Source of the DNA: Myxococcota bacterium
GTDB taxonomy: Bacteria; Myxococcota; Myxococcia; Myxococcales; Myxococcaceae
Direction: 5' to 3'
Assembly (NCBI GenBank): GCA_049322255.1
Contig: JBMORE010000054.1
Coordinates: 1 to 64,000 of the forward strand
DNA length: 64,000 nucleotides
Position numbers and translations under genes: made by a program
The notes under the pieces: generated by a model
Told to the model about the DNA's origin: nothing
Databases searched by the model: none
What the model saw: the letters and a program-made list of their open reading frames with translations, nothing else
In this document: one piece after another, positions 1 through 9,375 of the stretch
Numbering within the stretch: position 1 is the first letter of the stretch
Layout: every line of letters begins with the position of its first letter

Positions 1-1026
1 CAGCCCGACCTGCTCGTGGTTCTCCTGAAGAGTGGCTTCGCGCACTGGGCCTCGCTCTCCGACGGGAAGACGGGAAAGCTCTTCGAGGTCGAGGTAACCA
101 CCGCCTCGGAGCAAGGGCTCCTCGGGCTCGTCTTCCATCCGCGCTACCTCGAGAACGGCAAGCTGTACCTCAACTACACGACCGTCAAAGACGGCACCGA
201 CGTCAGCCGAATCGAGGAGTGGACGGTGGCACCGGGAAGCGATCTGCGCGCGGTCACGCCCAAGCCCGCGCGGGTGTTGCTCGAGGTGGAACAGCCCTAC
301 CAGAACCACAACGGCGGACACTTGCTCTTCGGGCCCGATGGCTACCTGTACATCGGCTTGGGAGATGGCGGCTTCGCGGGTGATCCGCAGGGGAACGGAC
401 AGCGGCTGGAGACGCTCTTGGGGAAGATGCTGCGCATCGATGTCGACCAGCCGACGGGAGGGCGCCCCTACGGCATCCCCGCCGACAACCCGTTCGTAGG
501 TCGCGCCGACGTTCGTGCGGAGATTTTCGCCTACGGGCTACGCAACCCGTGGCGTTATTCCTTCGACCCCAAGGGGCGGCTGGTGGTCGCCGACGTCGGC
601 CAGGACGCCTGGGAGGAGCTGAGCTTCGCCGCCGTCGGCGACAACCTCGGCTGGAACGTGCGCGAGGGGCGGCACTGTTTTTCGCCCTCCTCGGGCTGCA
701 AGAAGGGAGGGCTGGTCGACCCGTTCTACGAATATCCGCATGAGGACGGGCAGTCGGTGATCGGCGGGCAGGTTTACACGGGCACGCGCATCCCCATGCT
801 CACCGGGAAATATGTTTTTGGAGATTTTGTCAGCGGCAGATTGTGGGCGCTCGAGCTTCCTGCTGACGCCGACGCCCCTCACCCCGGCCCTCTCCCAAGC
901 GGAGAGGGTGTGCTGGCGCTGGGCAAGTGGCCGATTCTCCCCACCCACTTCGCCCGCGATGAAGAAGGCACCCTGTACGTGGCCGACTTCTACACCGGCA
1001 GCGTGTACCGAATCGATGCGAAGTAG
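1..1026 (+). CDS. PQQ-dependent glucose/sorbosone dehydrogenase family (GSDH beta-propeller), 5'-truncated by window edge
   Basis: Motifs EQGLLGLVFHP, NHNGGHLLFGPDGYLYIGLGDGG, GKMLRID, YGLRNPWR, DVGQDAWEE; frame is open from base 1. Confidence 0.9.
   Translation, partial: QPDLLVVLLKSGFAHWASLSDGKTGKLFEVEVTTASEQGLLGLVFHPRYLENGKLYLNYTTVKDGTDVSRIEEWTVAPGSDLRAVTPKPARVLLEVEQPYQNHNGGHLLFGPDGYLYIGLGDGGFAGDPQGNGQRLETLLGKMLRIDVDQPTGGRPYGIPADNPFVGRADVRAEIFAYGLRNPWRYSFDPKGRLVVADVGQDAWEELSFAAVGDNLGWNVREGRHCFSPSSGCKKGGLVDPFYEYPHEDGQSVIGGQVYTGTRIPMLTGKYVFGDFVSGRLWALELPADADAPHPGPLPSGEGVLALGKWPILPTHFARDEEGTLYVADFYTGSVYRIDAK
875..908 (+). repeat. Palindromic dispersed repeat copy 1 (in-frame inside GSDH gene)
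   Basis: cccctcaccccggccctctcccaagcggagaggg; translated as PHPGPLPSGEG. Confidence 0.85.
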
Positions 1027-1032
1027 CCCAGG

Positions 1033-2217
1033 CTACTTCAGCCGTCTCAGCGCGCTCTGCGCGGCCTGCTTCGAGTCGCAGCCGATGAGCGGCACGTCGC
1101 TCTCTCCTGGCCCGCCCTCCTCGGCGAGGTCCTCGAGCGCACCCTTGGCCCGTTTCAGCTCGAGGCTCCCCAACGCCTCCGCGGCCGCTTCGCGGTATCG
1201 ACACTTCTCGTGCCCAAGCAGGTCGATGAGCCGATCCTCCGCCTTGCCGAAGCCCGCGTGAGCGGCGTCGATGTAGTGCGATGCACACGAGTCGCCCCGC
1301 GCCTCTGCCAGTCTGCCCAGGTAGTACGCGCGCTCGCCTCTATCGGTGAGCTGGTCGATCTGCCGCCGAGCCTCCTCGGCCTTCACACCGCGTTGAGAGG
1401 CCGGAGCCTTCTCCACCGCCGAGATGGCTCCCTCGATGCCCATCCCGCGCAACAACACGAGCGCCACCACGATGGCTCCCAGCACGCCGACGGCGGCGAG
1501 AGCACGTCGCGGGATGGCCAGCTTTCTCTGGACGAGCGCGGTGGTCGTCTTCTCCACCAGCTCCGCCGCCTTCACCGCGATCTCTCCAGTGACCACCCTG
1601 CCGCGCGCGGCCAAGTCGTCGGGCACCTTCGCCAGGCCCAAATTTCCGAACGGTGGAGCTTCATCGCTCGGTGGTTGGGTGGCGGTGGAAGCCTCCACCC
1701 GGTACGGCGCACGCGGGACTTTGAAGATGCTGATCTTCCCCGGAATGCCCTTGAGCTCGACCGCACCCACCTCCTCGGAGGGCACTTCGGCCTTGTTCAT
1801 CGCCAGGTAGACGGCCTCGGTGAAGAAGACTTCGCCCGGCTCGGCGACGTGCTCGACGCGTGAGGCGATGTTCACGGGCTCACCGAAGGCGTCGCCACCC
1901 TCGAGGCGTACTTCGCCGACGTTGATTCCGATGCGCACATCGAAGCGCTCCTTGGCGGGAGCGTTGCGGTTGTGCTGCCAGAGACGATCTTGAATCGCCG
2001 CCCCCGCCAACACCGCCTGGGTAGGCGACTCGAAGGTCACCATGAACGCGTCGCCAATCGACTTCACGATCTTTCCGCCGAACGCGCGGAAGAGCGGCGT
2101 CAGCAGCGCGGCGTGCGTCGCCAGCAGGCGCTCGTTTTCCTCGAGCGTCTGCTGGCTGGTGCGCTCGGTGAAACCCTTGATGTCGGTGAAGACGATGGCG
2201 AGGTTGGCAGTTTTCAA
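1033..2217 (-). CDS. Class III adenylate/guanylate cyclase with one TM segment and C-terminal HEAT/TPR-like helical domain
   Basis: FTDIKGFT, KSIGDA, RIGINVG, GEPVNIASR cyclase motifs; TM ALAAVGVLGAIVVALVLL; HEAT-like REAAAEALG. Confidence 0.85.
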   Translation of the reverse strand: MKTANLAIVFTDIKGFTERTSQQTLEENERLLATHAALLTPLFRAFGGKIVKSIGDAFMVTFESPTQAVLAGAAIQDRLWQHNRNAPAKERFDVRIGINVGEVRLEGGDAFGEPVNIASRVEHVAEPGEVFFTEAVYLAMNKAEVPSEEVGAVELKGIPGKISIFKVPRAPYRVEASTATQPPSDEAPPFGNLGLAKVPDDLAARGRVVTGEIAVKAAELVEKTTTALVQRKLAIPRRALAAVGVLGAIVVALVLLRGMGIEGAISAVEKAPASQRGVKAEEARRQIDQLTDRGERAYYLGRLAEARGDSCASHYIDAAHAGFGKAEDRLIDLLGHEKCRYREAAAEALGSLELKRAKGALEDLAEEGGPGESDVPLIGCDSKQAAQSALRRLK

Positions 2218-2250
2218 GCGGCGACGAGTCTAGAGTACTAGCCTTCGAAC

Positions 2251-3006
2251 GTGTCGTGGATCTGGCCGGTGGCCGCAGCGCTGATGGCGAGCCTGGGGAC
2301 GCTCATCGGCAGCGGTGTCATTCTCTCCTTCGGCGCGCGGGCTGACCGGGTGGCCGGGTGGCTTTTGTCGTACGCGATTGGCACCCTCTTGGGGGCAGCG
2401 CTCCTGGGTCTTTTCCCCGAGGCCTTGGAGCACGCTCCACCCGAGCGCAGCCTGTGGTTACTGCTCGCTTCCATTCTCGTGTTCCTGGCCTTCGAACGCG
2501 CGCTGCACTGGCGTCACCCACACGAGGGGCACCACCGCGATGCGCACGGCGTGGAACCAGCGACGGCGGCGACCATTCTCGTTGGCGATGCGGTGCACAA
2601 TGCCATCGATGGGCTGGTGATCGGGGTCTCCTTCTCGGTGAACCTGGAGGTCGGCGTGACCTCGACGTTGGCGATCCTCGCCCACGAGATTCCGCAGGAG
2701 ATCGGCGACTTCGCGGTGCTTCTCCAGTCGGGCATGCCCAAGATGCGCGCGTTGGTCCTCAACTACTTGGTCGCCTTGACCCCGGTGCCCGCCGCGGCGC
2801 TCGCCTATTTCTGGTCCGCAGACACCGGTGCCATCAAGGGTTGGCTCTTGCCGATCGCCGCCGGGAGCTTTCTCTACATCGCCTTGGCCGACTTGGTGCC
2901 CGCGGTGCATCACCGCCGAGGCCGAGGGCTGGCCATCGTTCAGATGTTGCTCATCTGGTGCGGCGTCGCCACCATCTGGACCATCCAGCGCTTCGGCCAC
3001 GGGTGA
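2251..3006 (+). CDS. ZIP family divalent metal transporter
   Basis: GDAVHNAIDG and HEIPQEIGDF signatures, His-rich loop HWRHPHEGHH, multiple TM helices. Confidence 0.92.
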   Translation: MSWIWPVAAALMASLGTLIGSGVILSFGARADRVAGWLLSYAIGTLLGAALLGLFPEALEHAPPERSLWLLLASILVFLAFERALHWRHPHEGHHRDAHGVEPATAATILVGDAVHNAIDGLVIGVSFSVNLEVGVTSTLAILAHEIPQEIGDFAVLLQSGMPKMRALVLNYLVALTPVPAAALAYFWSADTGAIKGWLLPIAAGSFLYIALADLVPAVHHRRGRGLAIVQMLLIWCGVATIWTIQRFGHG

Positions 3007-3010
3007 GGTG

Positions 3011-3700
3011 TCAACGCCGCGATTTTTTGAGCTCGCGCAGCTGACGCCGGGGCCTCTCCCCCAGTTGGCGCCGCACCTTGTCCGCCAGATGAAGCCGACC
3101 GGTGCGCTCGTAGAGCTCGACGAGGCGGCGCCCCACCACTTGCGACTTGGGCTGCGCTACGAAGAGTTTGCTCAGCTCGAGCTCGGTGTCCTCCAGCTTG
3201 CCTTGGCGCTCGAGCGTGGTGGCGAGTTGAAGCCGCGCCCCCGTGGCGTCGGGGTGAGCCTGCGCACAGATGCGGTAGTGACGCTCGGCAAGCGCCCACT
3301 CACCCAGCCCGAAGTAGAGCCCCGCCAGACGAAAACGCGCCTCGTGATAGTCGGTGCGGTACGTCAGCGCCAGCTCGTGCGCGTCGATGGCGGTGCGCAC
3401 CTCGCGCCGTTCCTCCATCAACAGTCCGTAGAGGAAGTGCCCGCGCGGATTTTCGGGCGCGAGCGAGCGAGCTGCTTCCAGGTGGGCGAGCGCCAGATCG
3501 AGCCCCCGGCCGAGCTTGAGGCGCAGCCGCGCCGCTTCGAGCCGGGGAATCTCCCAGTCAGGGCGGCTCTTCACCACCGCCTCGACCAGCTCGAGCGCCT
3601 CGGTGTCGCCTCCTCGCTGTTCGAGGGCCAACGCATCGCTCAGGCGCTCCGGCGCAGCACACAGAGAGAGCCAGGCCGCCAGGGTCCACACCGCCATCAT
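3011..3700 (-). CDS. Exported tetratricopeptide-repeat protein
   Basis: Probable start MMAVWTLAAWLSLCA at 3700 (signal-like); TPR-like units APENPRGHFLYG, YHEARFRLAGLYF, HPDATGARLQLA. Confidence 0.75.
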   Translation of the reverse strand: MMAVWTLAAWLSLCAAPERLSDALALEQRGGDTEALELVEAVVKSRPDWEIPRLEAARLRLKLGRGLDLALAHLEAARSLAPENPRGHFLYGLLMEERREVRTAIDAHELALTYRTDYHEARFRLAGLYFGLGEWALAERHYRICAQAHPDATGARLQLATTLERQGKLEDTELELSKLFVAQPKSQVVGRRLVELYERTGRLHLADKVRRQLGERPRRQLRELKKSRR

Positions 3701-3718
3701 CCTCGCTGATAACAGAGT

Positions 3719-3753
3719 CCCCTCTCCCCATGGGAGAGAGTTAGGGTGAGGGA
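3719..3753 (-). repeat. Palindromic dispersed repeat copy 2 (intergenic, between divergent TPR gene and mutS2)
   Basis: cccctctccccatgggagagagttagggtgaggga. Confidence 0.9.
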
Positions 3754-3755
3754 AC

Positions 3756-6152
3756 GTGAATCTTCCGCCGCGCACGCTCGAGGACCTCGGCTTTGCGGAC
3801 ATTCGCCGTTCGCTCGCCGCGCGCAGCCGGACCGAACCGGGCAAGTCGCGCGCCCTCGCTCGAACCTTCCTCGACTCAGCGTCAGAAATCTACGACGCGC
3901 TCGCACTCATCGAGGAGGCACGAAAGCTGTTGGCCGAGCCGTTGTCCTTACCACTCACCGGGGTGACCGACGTGCGCACCTCGCTCGAACGCGCGGCCAA
4001 GGGCGGCATGCTCGAACCCAAGGAGTTGATCGCCGTCACCGGAGCTCTCTTCTCTTTCGAGCGCACCAAAGAAGCGTTGGAGGAGCGCCGCGAGGGCCTG
4101 CCAGCGATGGCAACGATTTCTCGCCGCATTCCCGACCTCGACAAGCTCGCCACCCGGCTGGACCGATGCTTCGAGTCGGGAGGAGAGATTTCCGATCGCG
4201 CCAGCCCCGAGCTGCGCGAGGCGCGCGAGCGTACCCGGGGCCTGCACAAGAGCATCAAGGCTCGCCTCGATCGCCTTCTGCACGACGAGAAATTCCTGGC
4301 GAACCTGCGCGAGCCGTACTTCAGCGTGCGCCACGACCGGTACGTCTTACCGGTGCTCGCGCAGCACCGCGCACAGGTGCCTGGCATCGTCCACAACGCC
4401 AGCCAGTCGGGACAGACGTTGTTCGTCGAGCCGCAGGAGCTGATCGGCCTGGGCAACGACCTCGCCATCGCTCAATCGATGGTGTTGGAAGAAGAGCGGC
4501 GCGTGCTCATCGAGCTCTCCGACGCTGTGGGGCGCCACGCGAAGGAGATCGCCGAGGGTGTCGAAGCTTGCGCGATGCTCGACGAGGCAGAAGGGGCGGC
4601 ACGGCTGGCCAACGAGCTGGACGCGGCCTCTCCCCATCTCGAGCCCGCGGAGGGAGGGCTGCATCTGAAAGGCCTGCGGCATCCGCTCTTGGTGCTGCGC
4701 GGACCTGGGGTGATCGCCAACGACGTGAGCGTTTCGGGCGAGGCGCGGGGGCTGGTAGTTTCTGGGCCCAATGCCGGAGGAAAGACGGTCACCCTCACGG
4801 GAGTCGGCTTGTGCGCGGTGATGCTGCGCTCTGGGCTACCCATTCCCGCTGAAGCTGGATCACGCATGCCGTTGTTCGCGTCGATCCACACGGCAGTGGG
4901 CGACGCGCAGGACCTGGCGCAAGGGCTGTCGACCTTTTCCGCGCATGTGACCGAGCTCAAGGAGATCGGCCACTCGGTGACCAAGGGCTCGCTGGTGCTG
5001 ATCGACGAGATTGCCGCCGACACCGACCCGAAGGAAGGCGCGGCGATCGCCATCGCGGTGCTCGAGGACCTCATCGAGCGGGGCGGCATGGTGCTGGTCA
5101 CCACCCACCTCGAGGAGCTCAAGGCGCTCGCCCATCTGGACAAGCGCTTCGTCAACGCGCGCGTGGGGTTCGACCCTCACAAGATGGCGCCCACCTACCG
5201 CCTTCAACTGGGGGCAGCCGGCGCTTCTTCAGCCATCGACATCGCGGCGCGGGTGGGGCTGTCGGAGAAGGTCTGCACACGCGCCCGTGAGCTCGTCTTG
5301 GGAGCCGGGGGGCCCCTTGCAAAGGCTCTGGCGGCGGCCGAAGCGGAGCGGCGCGCCCTGGAGGAGGAGCGGGAGCGGTTGAAAACCCAGACTGATGCCG
5401 CCGAGAAGGCTCGCCGTGACCACGAGGAGTCGCTTGCCTCGTTCGAGGCCCGCCGCAAGCGGGAAGAGCTTCAGCTCCGCGAGCGCCTCGCGGCCGAGCT
5501 TCAATCTGCGCAGGGGCAGGTGCGAGAGCTGCTCGCAAGCCTGAGGGCGCAGGCTTCAGCGAAGGAAGCCGAGGGGGCAGCGAAGGATCTGGCCGCGCGA
5601 CTGGAAGAAGAGCAGCGAGCGATTCGCGCCGCCCGTGCGGAAGCGGAGAAAGCCGAGTCGCCGCCGGGTCCGTTCGAGTTGCGGGTGGGCGCCTGGGTGC
5701 GCCACATCGGGCTGGACCGCGATGTCGAAATCCTCGAGCTGGCCGACGGCGAGGCGGTGGTGGCGGTGGGGCCGTTGCGCACGCGAGTGCCGGTCTCCGA
5801 GCTTGCGCCGGCGAAAAAGGCCAAGCCGGCAACGCGCTTCTCCCAGGACAAGGCGGAGAACCGGCTGGAGAAGGCCAAGGAGGCAGCAGCGAAGGAGCTC
5901 GCGCTCTCAGCGGCCACCTGCGACGTGCGGGGCCTGCGAGCGGACGAAGCGCTGCGCAGCGTCGAACAGTTCCTCGACCGCGTGCTGCGAGAGGGCGAAG
6001 AAGGCGCGCTCATCATCCACGGCCATGGCACCGGAGCGCTCAAACAGTCGATCCGCCAGTACCTCGACGGCTCACCGTACGTTCGCTCTTACCGCCCCGG
6101 GGAAAGCCACGAAGGCGGTGACGGCGTCACCCTGGTCGCCCTGCGAAGCTAA
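3756..6152 (+). CDS. mutS2: MutS2 family protein (ATPase + Smr domain)
   Basis: SQSGQTLFVEP, Walker A SGPNAGGKT, LSTFSAH, LIDEI, TTH, coiled coil, C-terminal Smr DVRG..IIHGHGTGAL..GGDGVT. Confidence 0.95.
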   Translation: MNLPPRTLEDLGFADIRRSLAARSRTEPGKSRALARTFLDSASEIYDALALIEEARKLLAEPLSLPLTGVTDVRTSLERAAKGGMLEPKELIAVTGALFSFERTKEALEERREGLPAMATISRRIPDLDKLATRLDRCFESGGEISDRASPELREARERTRGLHKSIKARLDRLLHDEKFLANLREPYFSVRHDRYVLPVLAQHRAQVPGIVHNASQSGQTLFVEPQELIGLGNDLAIAQSMVLEEERRVLIELSDAVGRHAKEIAEGVEACAMLDEAEGAARLANELDAASPHLEPAEGGLHLKGLRHPLLVLRGPGVIANDVSVSGEARGLVVSGPNAGGKTVTLTGVGLCAVMLRSGLPIPAEAGSRMPLFASIHTAVGDAQDLAQGLSTFSAHVTELKEIGHSVTKGSLVLIDEIAADTDPKEGAAIAIAVLEDLIERGGMVLVTTHLEELKALAHLDKRFVNARVGFDPHKMAPTYRLQLGAAGASSAIDIAARVGLSEKVCTRARELVLGAGGPLAKALAAAEAERRALEEERERLKTQTDAAEKARRDHEESLASFEARRKREELQLRERLAAELQSAQGQVRELLASLRAQASAKEAEGAAKDLAARLEEEQRAIRAARAEAEKAESPPGPFELRVGAWVRHIGLDRDVEILELADGEAVVAVGPLRTRVPVSELAPAKKAKPATRFSQDKAENRLEKAKEAAAKELALSAATCDVRGLRADEALRSVEQFLDRVLREGEEGALIIHGHGTGALKQSIRQYLDGSPYVRSYRPGESHEGGDGVTLVALRS

Positions 6153-6164
6153 CCACGGGCGGGA

Positions 6165-6206
6165 TTGACTGCCTGCCATGAGCTGAACATACTCATCGGC
6201 ATGAGT
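6165..6206 (+). promoter_or_regulatory. Sigma70-like promoter with overlapping palindromic operator for the vapBC-like operon
   Basis: TTGACT (6165-6170), 17-nt spacer, CATACT (6188-6193); perfect inverted repeat ACTCAT-cggc-ATGAGT (6191-6206) covering the ATG. Confidence 0.6.
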
Positions 6207-6458
6207 CATCGGCTTCAAGTGCTCCTGGACGAGGACGACTACCGGCGCCTACGCCAAGCTGCGAGGCGGGAGGGCACCACTGTCGCAGAGTGGGTGCGCA
6301 GGAACCTTCGCGCGGGCCTTCTTGCGAAAGCTGGAACGAATCATGAGAAGAAGTTGGGGGTGCTCCGGGCGGCGGTGAAGCACCAGCTCCCCACCGCGGA
6401 CATAGACCAGATGCTCGAGGAGATCGCCCGGGGCCAATCGGCGAACTTGCCGGAATGA
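6201..6458 (+). CDS. Antitoxin, CopG/RHH-like (VapB-like)
   Basis: [36 protein letters not shown] pattern; ATGA overlap with downstream PIN gene. Confidence 0.8.
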   Translation: MSHRLQVLLDEDDYRRLRQAARREGTTVAEWVRRNLRAGLLAKAGTNHEKKLGVLRAAVKHQLPTADIDQMLEEIARGQSANLPE

Positions 6459-6856
6459 TCTTCGTGGACTCGAACATTCCGATGTACCTCGTCGGCGCGT
6501 CACACCCGTTGAAGGACGTCACGCATCGCCGACTTCGACAACTGATCGAGGCCGAGGAACGACTGGTGAGTGACTCCGAGGTCATGCAAGAGATGCTGCA
6601 TCGATACTCGGCGCTGCGGCGCTTGGACGCCATTCAGCCCGCTCTCGACGCATTGTTGGGCATCGTGGACGAGGTCTTTTCAATCGAACGAGAAGACGTC
6701 CTGCACGCGAAGGACCTCTTATTGGGAAAGCCCGTTTCGGCCAGAGACGCCCTCCACGTCGCAGTGATGCAGCGCCACAAAGTCAATCGCGTTTTCTCTT
6801 TCGATCGCGACTTCGACGAGTTCCCGGGACTGAAGAGAATCGGACCGGACACTTAG
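6455..6856 (+). CDS. vapC: PIN-domain toxin (VapC family)
   Basis: [34 protein letters not shown]: conserved acidic PIN residues; 133 aa. Confidence 0.9.
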   Translation: MIFVDSNIPMYLVGASHPLKDVTHRRLRQLIEAEERLVSDSEVMQEMLHRYSALRRLDAIQPALDALLGIVDEVFSIEREDVLHAKDLLLGKPVSARDALHVAVMQRHKVNRVFSFDRDFDEFPGLKRIGPDT

Positions 6857-7007
6857 GGTCGCTCAAGATTGCCCGTGGAGAGGAGGGCGATGACGCTGCC
6901 GATTCTCGCCGGCGCACCCGCGGCGCGCCGAAGCCGCACGATATTGGCCTCGACGGTTACGAGCAGCCACTCTTCCGAAGGGAACGTAGAACACACCGTT
7001 CCCTGGC

Positions 7008-9371
7008 TCATCGGCGCCGACCCTTGCTGGACCTTCGCCCGCCTTTGAACGACCCGCCGCTGGATTTGTTGCCCGGCCGGTGGGAAGGCTTCCCTCCCTT
7101 GCGCTGGGCGGCCTCGGAACGAAGGCGATCGAATCCGGGGTGTGGTGAGGTCCGTCGCTCTTCTCGCTCGTGCTCTTTGTGTTCGATGCGCCGCGCGGGT
7201 GCGCGCGGCCCTTCCCCGGCGAAGGCCACCACGGTGAAGTCGAGCTGGCGGCGCTTCAAATTCACCGACGAAAGCCGCACCTCGAGCGACTGGCCGACCT
7301 TCACCACCCGCCCCGAGCCGAACACCATCACGTGTCGCGGCACATCGAAGCGGAAGCGTGGCTCCACCGACTCGCCTTTCACCAACCCTTCGATGAACAA
7401 CCCGTCGAGCTCCACGAAGAATCCAAAGTCGGTCAGGGAGGAGATGGTGGCAGAGAACTCCTCCCCCACCCGTTCCTTCATCAAGAGCGCGGCGTAGAAG
7501 CTGACCACCTCGCGCTCGACCTGCATCGCCGCGCGCTCGCGCTCCGAGCTCTCCACCGCCATCGCCTCCAACCGCTCAGTCTCCGTATCGACCTCGTGCT
7601 CCGGCCGGCGGTGTCCCCTGCGCGCCCAGTGCGCCTTGAGCATCCGGTGCACCAAAAGGTCGGGGTAGCGGCGAATGGGCGAGGTGAAGTGGAGGTAGTG
7701 CTCCGCCCCCAAGCCGTAGTGCCCCTTCTCGTAGGCCGAATACACCGCCTGCATCATCGAGCGTAAGAGCAGCTGGTTCAGCGCCCTCCGCTCGGGGTGT
7801 CCCTCGAGCTTCTCCAGGAGCAGGTTCAAGTCCTTGGAACCAATCTTCCCCTTGGGCAGATGAAACCCATGCGCCGCGGCGAGCGTGGCGAAGGTGGCGA
7901 GTTTGTCTTCGTCCGGCTCACCGTGAAAACGGTACACCGACGGCAGGTGGTGCTCGTGAAAGAAGCGCGCCACCGCTTCGTTGGCGGCGAGCATGCACTC
8001 CTCCACCAGCCGGTGGCTCTCCAGGCGGTCGCGCCGCACCATGCGCGCGGGGTTGCCCTCTTCGTCGAGCTCGATGCGCGTCTCGGGGAGGTCGAAGTCG
8101 ATCGCCCCGCGCTCCTCGCGCATCTTCCGCAAGACCCGCGTCAGCGCCAAGGCGCGCGTAAAGTACGGCCGAAAGGCGTTGCGGTGGGGCACATCCTCTC
8201 CGGCGAGCACCCGGTGCACCTCGGTGTAGGTGCAGCGCGCCGCCGAGCGCATCACTCCCGGGTAGAGCTCGTAGCGGCGCAGCTTCCCCTGCCGGTCGAT
8301 GCGCAAGTCGGCCACCATGCACAGCCGGTCTTCCTCGGGTTTGAGCGAGCAGATGCCCGCGGACAGCCGCTCGGGGAGCATGGGCAGCACTCTGCCCGGC
8401 AAGTACACCGAGGTGGCTCGCCGCAGTGCTTCGGCGTTGAGGGCGTTGCCCTCCTTCACGTAGTGCGAGACATCGGCGATGGCGACCACCAGCCGCCAGC
8501 CCTCGGGCACGTCCTCGACGTAGATGGCGTCGTCGAAGTCGCGCGCGTCTTCTCCGTCGATGGTCAAAAGCGGCAGCGAGCGCAGGTCGCGCCGGCCGTG
8601 CTCTTTCGACTCCTCCGGGCTCACGGAAATCGGTACGTCATCCGCCTCGTCCATCACCTCCGGGGGAAACTCCTCATGGAACCCTCGCGCGTAGGCGATG
8701 GAGAGCACCTCCACCGAGGTGTCGCTCTCTTTCCCCAGCGAGCCCGCCACCTCCCCGATGAGCCCGTGCCCGGGGCCGAGCAGCCCGCCGCCGACGCCCA
8801 GGCGCACCTTCACCACGTCGCCATCGCGAGCAAGCTGCGTCGCCGGCACCCGCACCACCCCCAGGCTCTCGTCGTGTGGCTCGACGAAGGCTTGCGCGCG
8901 CCGCTCGCGGTAGGTGCCCACCACCAGCTGCCGGCGCCGCTCCACCACCTTCACCAACCGGCCGGCGCTACGTCCGCCCGTGCCTTTGACCACCTCCACC
9001 AGCACCCGGTCTCCGTCGAGGGCACGCGCCGCCTGCTCGCGGGGGACGAAGACGTTCTCCTCCTCCCCAGCCATCGGGTGCACGAAACCGAAGCCGTCGG
9101 GGTGCACGTGCAGCACTCCGTCCACCCGCTTGCCGCCGCTGGGCAGGCGCGCCGTGCTTGGCGGAGCCTTTGGCATCTTTCCCCCGCCGGGGAGGAAGAA
9201 TCGCTTGCCCTCTTTGGCGACTTGTCCGCGGCGCAGGAGCTCCCGCAGCACCCGCTTCACCTCGGTCTGCGCTCCGGGGTGAAGACCCGCGGCGCGCATG
9301 AGCTCCTTGACCCCCAGTGGGTGCCGCGCCTCCTCCACCGCACGCAACAGCTGCTCGGCTCGAACCGCCAC
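7008..9371 (-). CDS. rnr: Ribonuclease R
   Basis: HPDGFGFV cold-shock domain, TIDGEDARDFDDA RNB catalytic motif, HFTSPIRRYPDL, S1 domain, basic tail. Confidence 0.95.
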   Translation of the reverse strand: MAVRAEQLLRAVEEARHPLGVKELMRAAGLHPGAQTEVKRVLRELLRRGQVAKEGKRFFLPGGGKMPKAPPSTARLPSGGKRVDGVLHVHPDGFGFVHPMAGEEENVFVPREQAARALDGDRVLVEVVKGTGGRSAGRLVKVVERRRQLVVGTYRERRAQAFVEPHDESLGVVRVPATQLARDGDVVKVRLGVGGGLLGPGHGLIGEVAGSLGKESDTSVEVLSIAYARGFHEEFPPEVMDEADDVPISVSPEESKEHGRRDLRSLPLLTIDGEDARDFDDAIYVEDVPEGWRLVVAIADVSHYVKEGNALNAEALRRATSVYLPGRVLPMLPERLSAGICSLKPEEDRLCMVADLRIDRQGKLRRYELYPGVMRSAARCTYTEVHRVLAGEDVPHRNAFRPYFTRALALTRVLRKMREERGAIDFDLPETRIELDEEGNPARMVRRDRLESHRLVEECMLAANEAVARFFHEHHLPSVYRFHGEPDEDKLATFATLAAAHGFHLPKGKIGSKDLNLLLEKLEGHPERRALNQLLLRSMMQAVYSAYEKGHYGLGAEHYLHFTSPIRRYPDLLVHRMLKAHWARRGHRRPEHEVDTETERLEAMAVESSERERAAMQVEREVVSFYAALLMKERVGEEFSATISSLTDFGFFVELDGLFIEGLVKGESVEPRFRFDVPRHVMVFGSGRVVKVGQSLEVRLSSVNLKRRQLDFTVVAFAGEGPRAPARRIEHKEHEREERRTSPHPGFDRLRSEAAQRKGGKPSHRPGNKSSGGSFKGGRRSSKGRRR

Positions 9372-9375
9372 CTGG

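Noticed and set aside
6853..6996. Short minus-strand ORF VCSTFPSEEWLLVTVEANIVRLRR... faintly like a DUF5615 C-terminus
   Set aside because: Under 50 aa, no convincing RBS, similarity too weak to support
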